Shown here piece after piece: positions 49,165 through 62,439 of a DNA stretch of 64,000 bases; position 1 is the stretch's first letter, and each line of letters starts with the position of its first letter. The DNA is from Eledone cirrhosa (lineage: Eukaryota). The stretch covers positions 4,898,001 through 4,962,000 of the forward strand of contig OZ024740.1 in assembly GCA_964016885.1 (NCBI GenBank), in the 5' to 3' direction. A model generated the notes under the pieces. The model saw only the letters and a program-made list of their open reading frames with translations. It was not told the DNA's origin and made no database searches. A program made the position numbers and the translations under genes.

Positions 49165-50913
49165 ATATTGTTATACTTGGGGTGGGTCATATTGAAATAA
49201 TAACAGAACACACTCACTGTTTGGTTGGTTTTCGCTTCTGTGTCTTCTATATCTCCATAGTTAATTTATTTGGCAATCAATGTTTATCATTGATTGACCA
49301 ACGGTTAAAAATACAGATATAAATATATATATATAGTCTAACAAAGTTCTTTCGTTGCACATCTGCAACATCATCAGTGGTACTATTATGTTCCCTCCTA
49401 TTGTGCTGTATTGTAATGTTCACACCATTTTAATTTTATTTATAAGGCCTAGTTAGCCTTAAGCAGCGCACAAGGGATAGTGAGGTAGTGTGTCTACCTA
49501 CAGATAAATCTGGTAGGATTTCAATAGATAGCATGCCAAATTATATCAAGGCTATGCAACCCCAGATCATCAACACGAGCGAAACAACACAACAAACACA
49601 TGATGAGAGAAGATCCTCAACGTTCACTAAAGACAAGCAGACGCACTGCCAACAACTTCCAGGTGTCTAACAATGACATACCCCCCCCCCCCATTGTATG
49701 GGCTCCGCACGCAAAGACCATAAGACAGTCAACGACCCGACGACAGGACCACCAACAAGACCTGTATGTAGAGCCAATATCGCTAGCAACTACAGGATCT
49801 CCTACTTCCGCTCAATGGTTATACGCCCCATAATGAAGATGTTCCCAGATGTATGTGACAGTACAGAGGACCTCCTCATCAGAATCAATGAGTGCAACAA
49901 AAACAAAAACTTATCTCATTGCATAATAGGCAGTATGGATGTGGTATCACTGTACCCATCCATTAACATTGATTTTGCTGTGGAAAAATGTGTTGAAATA
50001 ATCAGTGAGAGTAAGGTGGAGTTCTGCGACGTCGACACAGACGAACTGGGCCTCCTATTTAGACTTACCTATGACATTGACTACCTAGATAGTCATGACC
50101 TTAGCCGTTTCTGCCCTAGTAGACTCATAAGAGGTAGACCCCCACCATAACCTCAATGGCAAAAAAGACATCCATGGGAAGGTGTAATGAGTGGACCAAA
50201 GCCATACGGACCCCCCAAAACAATGATCAAGTGAGAAAAATGGTTGCGCATAAAATTACCCTAAAGGGTTCAATGAAAATATCTACACCCAGAATGAGGG
50301 AGCAGCCATTGGTGTCAGAATAGCTGGTGATGTTGCCAATCTATTTATGGTGGGAAAGGAGACTCAAAGATCTCCTTGAAGAGAGCTCCATAGACCTCGT
50401 CATGTACTCTCGTTACGTAGACGATATTAATATAGTAATAAGAACACCCCCACAAGAGAGTACTATCGAACATGATTTAGAATATAGCACAATGGAAAGC
50501 ATCCAGCAGATAGTTAACTCCATACACCAGAGTATAACTGTAACTATTGACTACCCTTCCAAATACCCTAACAATAGACTACCTGTATTAGACATGGAAC
50601 TCTGGATTAACACTATAGACGAGAGGGCCCAAATTCTCAAAGTACCACTGATGATGATGCAGAGGGGCAACAAAAGAACTTTGATAGACTATATATATAT
50701 ATTTATATCTGTATTTTTAAGCGTTGGTCAATCAATGATAAACATTGATTACCAAATAAATTAACTCTGGAGATATAAAAGATACAGAAGCGAAAACCAA
50801 CCAAACAGTGAGTGTGTTCTGTTATTATTTCTGGCAATATTACAACAATATGACCCTCCCCAAGTATAACAATATTTGTTTCGACACACGATTCCATATC
50901 AAAAACCTTGCAA

Positions 50914-50918
<5 letters not shown>
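49165..50918 (+). mobile_element. Penelope-like element: inverted 5' terminal repeat, decayed RT, direct 3' terminal repeat; endonuclease deleted
   Basis: PPTRPVC, GSMDVVSLYPSI, GAAIG, YSRYVDD, DYPSKYPNNRLPVLD. 49165-49440 is the reverse complement of the 43310-43630/50640-50918 repeat, with hammerheads at 49339-49382 (-) and 50643-50686 (+, decayed). Confidence 0.88.
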
Positions 50919-50973
<55 letters not shown>

Positions 50974-51110
50974 TAGGAACAAGTAAGACCCCGACGGCTG
51001 AGCTCAAGCTGTTTCGACGGCTAATTCCTTCGTTATATACATATATATACATATATAGAGAATAATGAAATATAAAGTAGTGTAGATGTCACATTTCCTC
51101 TATTGAAAAG

Positions 51111-51188
51111 GCTGTTACATATATTTCGATAACAGCAGAAGCCACGTACTTCCGCATTAAATCAAGTGTCATGATCTCATCAGACAGC
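51111..51188 (-). ncRNA. Type I hammerhead ribozyme (GUA site)
   Basis: Minus strand GCTGT-CTGATGA-GAT...ATC-GAAA TATAT GTA-ACAGC. Confidence 0.7.
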
Positions 51189-51230
51189 TTGTTGCATAAT
51201 AAGGTTACTTTTATTAGGAAATCCACCTAG

Positions 51231-51626
51231 CATGGCTTCCGACCCTCTACCAATACTACCAATCCACCACCTAACATGGTGTCAGACCCTCTACCAATAC
51301 TACCAATCCACCACCTAACATGGTGTCCGACCCTCTACCAATACTACCAATCCACCACCTAACATGGTGTCAGACCCTCTACCAATACTACCAATCCACC
51401 ACCTAACATGGTGTCCGACCCTCTACCAATACTACCAATCCACCACCTAACATGGTGTCCGACCCTCTACCAATACTACCAATCCACCACCTAACATGGT
51501 GTGCGACCCTCTACCAATACTACCAATCCACCACCTAACATGGTGTCCGACCTTCTACCAATACTGCCAATCCACCACCTAACATGGTGTCAGACCCTCT
51601 ACCAATACTGCCAATCCACCGCCCTT
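51231..51626. repeat. 44-bp minisatellite derived from the SINE 5' head
   Basis: About 9 units CATGGTGTCCGACCCTCTACCAATACTACCAATCCACCACCTAA, the reverse complement of SINE nucleotides ~1-44. Confidence 0.9.
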
Positions 51627-52117
51627 ATATAGAGAATATATCAATAAGAACGAGGAAGTTTCGTTTACATGTATTTAGATTTTTATTGTCTATCGACCTG
51701 TTAAGTTTCACAAAGGATTGGCTGAGGGTCACACACACCTACATACTAAAATATAGAGCCATTAAATATATATATTCACCCATCATGTAAATATATTACA
51801 TATATATATATATATATATATATACACCCGTCATGTAAATATATTACATATATATACACCCATCATGTAAATATATTACATATATATATATATACACCCA
51901 TCATCTCACAAATCACAAGAAACACTATATTTCTTGTTACATCGCCAGTTTGAAGAGCAGATCGATAATGGAATCAGGTACATAACTTCTATAGAGGACA
52001 CTGAGCCAAACCTCTGTGAAACACGTGTAACAGGTTCATACACAATAAAAATCTAAATAAATACATGTAAACAAAACTTCATCGTTCTTATTGATATACA
52101 TATAAAAAAGCTCATTT

Positions 52118-52158
<41 letters not shown>

Positions 52159-52660
52159 CAATAATATAAATGATCGCCTGAGATTTGAACTCATTATTAT
52201 TGATTTTTCACTGCTCCTTCGTTGAGCTGAATTTAGCCCCATACAAACGGCTGTTATTTCTAGCAGCACGAGTATGTGGCTAGCTAGACACTGGATAACC
52301 GCATGAGGTTACCTCGTGCGCTAAACAGTCTTCCTAAATATTTTGAAGTGGAACATACCAATTTTTATAGTGCTTGCTGAGGAGATCAAAATGCGGTATT
52401 TTCTTCTACTTTTTCATTATTCGAAACATATTTGGATTTTAAGGTTTAAACCTGTCTACGGAACAGGTTTGATTTTGAAATTTAAATTTGTCCAAGCACT
52501 ACGGCCATTGCCAATACAATTTGTTTTTGTTGATTTATGATGTATTATCTTAAGTCATGATAGGCAAACTGTAATATTATTATTAGTATATATCTAGCTA
52601 ACTTGGTCATTTACGATACAAACATAAATATGAGGATATTTGTGTTTATCAAATATATTG

Positions 52661-52748
<88 letters not shown>

Positions 52749-52942
52749 GTTAATAGCACAAAGACAGAATTTAAGAATAATAGTTATGTTTACAAAAACA
52801 TATAGAAATATATACTATATATTTATATACAATAAACAATATGGGTAGCCTTGCTATCGAAGAAAAATATATTTTTATAACCAAAAAATTATTTACTTTA
52901 TTTTTCTCTGTGAATATATCACAGATTTCCCTGTATGGTTGA

Positions 52943-52995
52943 GAATGTCAGACAGCACTGTTTCAAGGTTTGTTAATCTTTCATCAGTGACACTC
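52943..52995 (-). ncRNA. Type I hammerhead ribozyme (GUC site)
   Basis: Minus strand GAGTGTCA-CTGATGA-AAG...CTT-GAAACA gtgc TGTC-TGACATTC (8-bp stem I). Confidence 0.85.
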
Positions 52996-53045
52996 ACTCA
53001 ACCGGTAGTGGCATTCAAAAGGTGTATATAGAATTTTGCATGATG

Positions 53046-53080
<35 letters not shown>

Positions 53081-54182
53081 CACACATATATATATGTGTG
53101 TGTGTGTGTTAGTTATTTGTATAACAACAGTTACAGGCGACACGCCGTTCTAAGCACTCAATGCTGTTACGAAGTCCGTTTCATGTGGGTTGTATTCCAG
53201 TGTTACGGCTGCAGTGTGTAGAGTGTAAATAGATTTAAAAGAATCAAATCAGTGTTGCAGCATATGTAGAAACTTTATTACAATTATTTTGATATCAATC
53301 AGCTCAGGGTACAATATAGGTGACAGGGTCCGACTCTTTTTTTATATCTCGTCAGATATACGAGCTTACATGTGCAAAGACACATCTAAACTGGGTAGAG
53401 TATCTGTTAGAGTATGTGCTTGTTAATCAATGACCTTACTGTATGCAGGATAGACCACCTAATGAAGTATAAAGTAGGTCAGTTTACTCTGGAGTATAAT
53501 TATAATAATGAAGTACAAGTCAACAGGTTAGAATTTACTTCATTTCTTCCTAAATGATGTTATATATGTTTTGATGATAACTGTTAGGCAACAGTTTTGA
53601 CCTCATCAGACAGCTAGAACATCTGATGCATAACAGTTATCCTCAAAATATATACATAACAGCAATTATATAAAAAGGAAGTCAATTCTAACCTGTTGAC
53701 TTGTATTTCCTTATATGTACCACTATCGGGTGGTTTTCTGCTAGAATGTATAGTGTGCATATTGATATTATACGCAAGTATATATGCATGTAGATATGAT
53801 GCATCAAATAAAATCATAATTGACAATATACACAGAAATTGAACGAAGACTGTGTTGCACTCTCTTCTGTAATCAGTAGCATAATCCATGATACATTAAA
53901 AAAAGACGATATTATATATAAACTGCATTAGGAGAAAATTAGTGACGGAAATATATGCGATATTTTTATAAGAGCCGCTAACCGGAAGTGTTGACATTTG
54001 AACATTTTAAAGAAGTGAATCTTTAAATAAGCTATAAAATATATTTAATCAACAGCTACGAAATTTAGTAGATAAATTATGTAATATTCATTCATTATTT
54101 ATTCAAAGTAATCCAACATATTTTACTAACTGGATTAAAAGAAATAAACCGTAAGCAGTCCTGCACTCCTTACTTTATTATA

Positions 54183-54222
<40 letters not shown>

Positions 54223-54265
54223 GCTGATAAGAAGGTAGCTTGGAAGTGTCACTACGAAAGGCTAC

Positions 54266-56345
54266 TAAATGAGAAGAATAAATGGGAGACAGACATGCTC
54301 CCCCACATCGATCCAATAGAGGGACCAGCAGTGCAAGTTGAAGGTAGTATAGTAAGTAAGGCGATCAAAGATATGAAGACAGGCAAGGCGGCTGGGCCTT
54401 CGGAAATAGTTGCTGAAAGCATCTGGAATGGTGGGACACACTATGGTCACCCGGATAGTATACCAAGTCATACACAATGGGGTCGTTCCGAAGGACTGGC
54501 GTAGCAGCATCATCATTAACTGCTACAAGGGTAAAGGAGATGCCCTAGATAGGGGAAACTATAGAGGCATTAAATTAATTGACAAGGTCATGAAGGTCAC
54601 AGAAAAAGTAATAGAGCAACTAATCAGAGAGCAAATTGATCTAGATGAAATGCAGTTCAGGTTTGTGTCAGGTAAAAGTACCACAGACGCTCTTTTCATT
54701 GTACGACAACTACAGAAGTACCTAAAAGTAAACCCCTATACTTAGCTTTTGTTGACATGGAGAAGCGTTTGACAGAGTCCCACGCCACATTATCTGGTGG
54801 GCTCTCAGAAAACTAGGTGTTGATGAATGGCTTGTGAGAGATATACAAGCCATGTATAAAGAAACAGTCAGCAAGGTTAGAATTAACAACGAATATAGTG
54901 AAGAGTTCAGCGTAAAAGTTGGTGTTCATCAGGGCTCGATCCTTAGCCCCCTCCTATTTATTATTGCCCTTCAGGCTATAACAGAGGAGTTCAAGACCGG
55001 CTGCCCATGGGAACTCCTATACGCAGATGATCTAACGCTCATAGCTGAATCAATGGCTGAACTAGAGAAGAAATTCCAAACATGGAAGCACGGCCTAGAA
55101 TCAAAAGGCCTTAAAATTAACCTGTCTAAGACTAAAGTTCTAGTTTGTAGGAAGGAAAATAGGACACTGGTCCCATCTGGGAAATGGCTATGCTCGGTGT
55201 GTAGGAAAGGAGTAGGCAGAAACTCCATTTTATGTCCCAAATGCAAAGTATGGGTGCATAAAAGATGTAGTGGGATCACAGGTATGCTAACTAAGAATAT
55301 AGATTTTATATGTGGCCGGTGCTCAGGTGCCATAAGTAGCAGCAAGTGCCCACAGAATACTAGCTCATTCCATTGCACAGATGGTTCTATAGAAATAGTG
55401 GACACCTTCCGTTACCTGGGTGACAAACTCAGCGGTGGTGTAGGGTGCTCTGAAAGTACAGTAGCTAGAATCAGAACGGGATGGAAAAAGTTCAGAGAGC
55501 TTATACCACTATTAGCCGCTAAATGTTTTTCTCTAGAAATGAAAGGCAGGTTGTATGATGCCTGCATACGAACAGCAATGTTGCATGGCAGTGAGACCTG
55601 GGCATTGTGTGCAGAGGATATTCGCAGACTAGAGAGGAACGAAGCTTGCATGCTCCGCTGGATGTGTAATAGTAATATACGTGAACAGCAAAGCATAAAT
55701 GAACTAAGGAAAAATTAGGAATAAGAGGGATCAGATGTTGTTTACTCGAGAGATGACTACATTGGTACGGTCATGTGATGCGCATGAAAGACGACAGCTG
55801 TATAAAAAATTGCAGGGCGATAAAAATAGACGGTTGCCACGGAGTAGGCAGACCCAGAAAAACCTGGGACGACTTGATAAATTCCGACCTCACACACTTA
55901 CACCTCTCCAAGACAATGTCACTGGACCGAGATCTTTGGCGCTACACAGTAACACAGAAGACCCGCCTCGCCTAAGTACAAAGCGAAACCTACAGTCAGT
56001 AGGCACCTCTTAACAAAAATGCACCCCGTCCCACTACTCCTACCCCATCCACACCACCCCCTTAAATGTGAAGTTATGTTGGTACCACAACATCCAGTCC
56101 GAAACAAATGAGGTCGTGTAATTATCATGACAAAAAAACACACTGTCTACGCTGTAATGTGGCCGTGTAGGTAACACGGTAAAAATCTCCCAGTCCACAC
56201 TGTAAACGTGGTTGGTGTTAGGAAGGGCATCCAGCCTTAGAGTCCTATACGAGCGAGACAACCAATCTTGCCCCAAGTGCGAAAATTCCCGTCCAAATCC
56301 ATGCAAGCGTGGACGATGGACGTTAAACGATGGTGATGATGATGA
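54266..56345 (+). mobile_element. RTE LINE, 5'-truncated (RT with PHD-like insertion)
   Basis: NYRGIKL, GVHQGSILSP, LLYADDL, CSVCRKGVGRNSILCPKCKVWVHKRC...CGRC, GRPRKTW; (ATG)n tail. Confidence 0.92.
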
Positions 56346-57458
56346 TATATATAACATTGAAAGAAATAGAAGGCTGAACAATGCAAAATGGACTGTAAGA
56401 TGAGGTAATGAAAAGTAAAAGCTACAGGGTAATCTTTGTTTTGTTATTGTTGTTCTTTTATCTGTCCAATATTTCTTGGCCCTTAAAAGTTAAAATCTTA
56501 AAATGTATACACATGTAATTATAAACTCACTTGATATTCACTAATTCTACTTGTACACTTGTATCTTCCCCACAAAAAGTAAAAATTCCTCACAACTGGT
56601 TGTGACATCAAAGTTACCTGTTGGTCTTACATTGTGTAAATTTATTTTTACCAACATCTATATATATATAACAAAGGAATTGTGGTAAGGAACCAGATGG
56701 ACCATAACGCCCCAGAGTACTCAATACTTAAGGTAGTAGAGTGGGAAATAGCCGTCGAAACGGCTTGAGCTCTGCCGTTGCGGTCTTGAACATTTTCCTA
56801 TCATCATCACCGTTTTACGTCCGTTCTTCCACGCTAGCATGGGTTAGACATATATATATATATGATGGCTGCTGACTCTTATGAGTTCTTCTGCCCTTTG
56901 TCAGGTTTTGTTTTTTGTCCTGCAGGGCATCCAAAATCACCCCTCTCACCAAATAAACTTGGTGAGGTTGCCGGTTTAGCCGCCAATGACCTGACCATGT
57001 GACAGGTTGTACTGGCTTACATGTTACCAGTAGCACTCAAGAGTGACCTGACATGTATATACATACATACATACATACATATATACATACATATATATAT
57101 ACATATATATATACATATATACATATATATATATATAAATGGAAAAAATGAAACGAAATTTCATTTCATTTCCCACTCTTAGTACGGCTGTTACTTAAAT
57201 ATAAGTATGTATACGTACATACATATATGTATACAGACGTACAGTAGTATGTATATATATACATATATGCACACACATATATATGTACGTATGGATTTAC
57301 CGACCATTTATTATAATGCTCGGTTTGTATATACATACGTTTTCGGTGCGCCCAGCCGATTAACTCACTCGATATGCAAATTAGGCTACTCAGCCGTTAA
57401 TATGCACAAGGAAATTATATACTTTCAGACGTTCAATCATCTGGCAGGAAGGTATATA

Positions 57459-57495
57459 GTGCTGATGATAGCTAATAAGCTTGAAACTAGTACAT
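57459..57495 (+). ncRNA. Minimal type I hammerhead (GUA site)
   Basis: GTG-CTGATGA-T AGCT aata AGCT T-GAAAC TA GTA-CAT with palindromic ACTAGT. It lies between inverted arms 57201-57328 and 57580-57717; stem I is short. Confidence 0.6.
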
Positions 57496-57713
57496 CGTTC
57501 CTTTGTCAATGTTGAACAAAAGGACAACGATGGTTGCTAAGCACTGTACCGCTTAATTTGGGATGTTTGTTTACAAACAAACCGAGCATTATAATAAATG
57601 TTCGGTGAATCCATACGTACATATATATATATATATATATATATGTGTGCATGTATGTATATATATACATACTACTGTACGTCTGTATACATATATGTAT
57701 GTACGTATACATA

Positions 57714-57775
<62 letters not shown>

Positions 57776-57839
57776 AAAGGCAAACGTAAATAACAAAGCA
57801 AACAACACGGTGCAATGAAGAAATATATATATATATATA

Positions 57840-58317
57840 TACAATATTAAATAAATGGAAAACTATATTTATAAAACCATATTTATTTCATTATATATAT
57901 TTCGGGGATATCATATTAACAATATGCTATGCCTTCATCAGACAAAATACAATATAACCAGTTTTATAGATAAATATATTCGACATACCGTAATAAACAT
58001 CAACTTCCTTTGAAGAGGTTTACTCTAGCAGTGAAAATACAGAGAGAAAGAAAGAGAGAGAGAAAAAAAGAGAGAGAAAAGAGGGAAATAAGAAAGAAAG
58101 AAAGACAAAACGAAGAAAAGGAAGAAAAAGAAGAAAGAGAAAAAGAAGAAATGCATGGGACAAAATAGAGAGATGGAAAAATAGATATAGTGTAAGTTTT
58201 ATAAATACTAATACATTAAAACATAGGGTTTTCTACGCCTCGAATATGTCTGGCTATTTTTAAATTTTTTCTCTCTCTATATCTCTCTATATATCTCCCT
58301 TACATTAATACTTGAGC

Positions 58318-58356
<39 letters not shown>

Positions 58357-58832
58357 ATGCATCATTGATACACTTACTCAAAATGACCTCCCACTACCTA
58401 ATTTTTCTATATCTATATTTATATATGTATCTATCTCTATTTCCTCTCTCTCTATATATATATATCTCTTTCTGTCTCTTTACATGAAGCTCTTCGCTTT
58501 ATCTATTTTTCCATCTCTCTATTTTGTCCCATGCATTTCTTCTTTTTCTCTTTCTTCTTTTTCTTCCTTTTCTTCGTTTTGTCTTTCTTTCTTTCTTATT
58601 TCCCTCTTTTCTCTCTCTCTTTCTTTCTCTCTGTATTTTCACTGCTAGAGTAAACCTCTTCAAATGAAGTTGATGTTTATTACGGTATGTCGAATATATT
58701 TATCTATAAAACTGTTTATATTGTATTTTGTCTGATGAAGGCATAGCATATTGTTAATATGATATCCCCGAAATATATATAATGAAATAAATATGGTTTT
58801 ATAAATATAGTTTTCCATTTATTTAATATTGT
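57840..58832. repeat. ~1-kb foldback: ~340-bp near-perfect inverted arms, each with a hammerhead (57884-57949 minus; 58724-58789 plus)
   Basis: 57840-58187 is the reverse complement of 58500-58832. Confidence 0.9.
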
Positions 58833-58990
58833 AAATATACTCCAAGTATTTGTCGAGTGCTTTTATATCAGTTATAAATATTTACTAGTTGTAACCCAAC
58901 AATTTTAAATATAACTTTACATATATATATATATATATATATATATCGTTATATTTGGGGAGGGTCATATTGTTGTAATAATATTGCCAG

Positions 58991-59033
<43 letters not shown>

Positions 59034-59315
59034 CACATACACACTTGATAGTGTATATATGAAAGGATATAGAATATTAAATATAAATATGAAGGAAGGA
59101 AGAAAGAAAGAAAGAATGGAAGAAGGAAATAAACAAATAAAAATATATTTTCTGAAAAATATTTATTTCCCATTATAAAGAAAATTTAATTTTTATTTGT
59201 TTTATTATCTTAACTTCTAAAAAAATATAAAACAAACATTGAAAAGAAATTGTTTCTATTCTAATTTTATTTTATTTATATAGTCTTTACAAATATTACA
59301 TTTACTTTTTATTTT

Positions 59316-59346
<31 letters not shown>

Positions 59347-59537
59347 CATATATATACATATACATATATATATATATATATATATAACCATTATTAGTCT
59401 TCTGATGACTCTCAAAGAAGACTCTCAGATAAAAATGACAATGTGTTTCTTCAGTTCATGCCAACAGAACGACGACAGTTCAGTGTTTCTAATTTGTATG
59501 CACACACGCATATTTGTATATATATATATTTATATAC

Positions 59538-59610
<73 letters not shown>

Positions 59611-59627
59611 TCTCTCTCTCTTTCTTT

Positions 59628-59703
<76 letters not shown>

Positions 59704-60429
59704 AAAAGAGGGGTTTTTTTAAAACGAGATGTCCTACACGAGTGAAAGCATAAGGAAAAAAGATGAAATCGAAAATGCAACTGGAGTCTTTTTAAGAATA
59801 TTTATGTTTCTTTTACCAGTTTCACAGGTCTTATGCTTTTCAAACGTAGAATTGAGATGGAGGGTTTGTGGTTTTTCTCGCATTATATATATATATGGAA
59901 CTGGTACAGTGTGGAACTGGTATATATATATATATACCAGTTCCACACTGTACCAGTTCCACACTGTAAATGTGGTTGGTGTTAGGAAGGGCATCCAGCT
60001 GTAGAAAACCTGCCAGATAGTCCTATATGAGCGAGACAGTCACCCGACCAACCTTGCCTCACGTGGGACAACTCCCGTCTAACCCATGCTAGCGTGGAAG
60101 ATGGACATTAAACAATGATGTTGATGATGATGATGATATATATATATATATATATAAAATCATTATCATTTAACGTCCATCTTCCATGCTAGCATGGGTT
60201 AGACAGATTTGTCCTATTTAGAGGCAAGTTGGGTTGAGTTACCCTGTCTCGCTCATATAGGAGAGTTTCTGACTGGTTTCCTACGGCTAGATGCACTTCC
60301 TAACGCCAACCACATTTACAGTGTGGTCTTACTTTCAGACTGAGCAGGATGTTTTGTGGTACCAATGTAATGCACACACACACATATATATATCTATACA
60401 TATATATATATATTTGTGTGTATATATAT

Positions 60430-62260
60430 CATCATCACCTCCATCTTACGTCCATTTTCCATGGTATCATGAGTTAGATAGGTTGTCCTGTTGTGGGCAG
60501 TGTTAGATCAGGTGACCATGTCTTGTTCATACAGGACTGATTCTGGCTGGATGCCCTTCCTAACGCCAGCCTCAGTAAGTACTGGGTGCTTTTTGTTATG
60601 TCACCATCATGACCACTTTACAGTGTGAGCTGAGGGTTTCACTGGATGCATTTACTTTGGCCTGTCCTTATGGGGTGTATGGGAAGATGGGGTGGAGCAT
60701 AGTGTATAGATCAATCGGTTTGTGCTCATGGAAAGTCAGGTCTTCTGTATTACTGCATATCGCCAGAGATCTTGGTCATGTGTCATCATCTTTGAACGGT
60801 GCAATTGAGCAAGATCCACTTTTATCACCTCAAGCCAAGTCTTTCTGGGTCTCCCCACTCCAAGGCTTCCATTGACTTGGAGCACTCTACACTTTTTTAT
60901 GCAGCTGTCATCCTCGTCCATACCAGCGCAATCTCTTTTCCTGCACACAACATTTGATTCCTCTTATGCCTAGATTCTCTCTCAGTTCATTTATGCTTCG
61001 CCATTCTCGTATATTACTATTACACATCCATCGGAGCATGCAAGCTTCATTTCTCTCCAATCTACACAATTCTTCTGCACACAATGCCCAGGTCTCTTCG
61101 TATGCATGCATCATACAGTCTGCCTTTCATTCTGACGGAGACATCTTTTGTAGCCAGCAGTGGTAGTAGCTCCCTGAAATTCCTCCATCCCGTTCTTACT
61201 CTGGCTACTGTACTTTCAGAACACACCACCACTGCTAATTCGGTCACCCAGGTAGCAGAGCCCTCCCAGAATTTGGCAGTGCTTGTTTCCTGCAGTCATT
61301 TGCTGCTTACTGTTCCACTGCAACCTACATTCTTAGTTCCCACTACATCTCTTGTGTACCCATAGTTTGCATATGGGGCAGAGGATGGCGTTTCTACCTA
61401 CACCTTTCCTACATACTGAGCAAGGCCATTTCCCTGAGGGTATCTGGGTTCTGATTTCTCTTCTACTTACTAGGACCTTATTCTTTGTCAGGTTGACTTT
61501 GAGACCCTTTCTTTCTAGGCCCTGCTTCCATGTTTGGAATTTATTCTCTAGTTCTACCATAGATTCAGCTATAAGTGTAAGATCATCTACATACAGAAGT
61601 TCCCATGGACATCTGCTCTTAAACTCCTCCGTTATAGCCTGCAATACTATAATAAACAGGAGAGGGTTAAGAACAGAGCCCTGGTGGACACCGACCTCTA
61701 CGCTAAATTCCTCGCTATAGTCATTGCTAACCCTAACTTTGCTGACTACTCCCCTATACATGGCTTGTACTGCTTTCACAAGCCATTCATTTACTCCTAG
61801 TTTTCTAAGAGCCCACCAGATTATGGGGAACACTGTCGAAGGCTTTTTCCAGATCAACAAATGCCAGGTAGAGCGGCTTACCTTTAGCTAGGTACTTTTC
61901 CTGTAACTACCTCACAAGGAAGAGGGCATCAGTGGTACTTTTGCCTGGCACAAATCCAAACTACATCTCATCTAGTTTTACCCGGTCCCTAATCAACTGT
62001 GCTATAACTCTTTCCATTACTTTCATGACCTGGTCCATCAGTTTTATACCTCTATAGTTTCCTCTATCTAGTGCATCACCTTTACCCTTGTAACAGTTGA
62101 CAATGATGCTGCTGCACCAATCATTTGGCATGACACCATCTAGTATTACTTGGTTTACTATACATGCTTTCAGCATCACAGCAACTATTCCTGATGGACT
62201 GGCTGCTTTTCCAGCTTTCATATCCTTAATTGCCTTACTTACTACACTGCTGCTGACTTC
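60430..62260 (-). mobile_element. RTE LINE, 5'-truncated with internal deletions
   Basis: NYRGIKLMD, GVHQGSVLNP, LLYVDDL, WPCSVCRKG...WVHKRC, GRPRKTW. Confidence 0.9.
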
Positions 62261-62326
62261 AATATATGTGTAACCACAGTAAGTAAGGTACTCAATACAA
62301 AGTAGAGTATAAATATTTAATATAAG

Positions 62327-62378
62327 GGCTTTCCTGATGATTTCCTTTGAATGAAACATTTCTAGTTCTGTAGAAGCC
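62327..62378 (+). ncRNA. Type I hammerhead ribozyme (GUA site), same family as 22042 and 45570
   Basis: GGCTTTC-CTGATGA-TTTC cttt GAAT-GAAACA...TGTA-GAAGCC. Confidence 0.7.
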
Positions 62379-62439
62379 ATTTCTTTATTAAATATATATA
62401 CACATTTACACACCCACACAGTATATACATATATAGACA

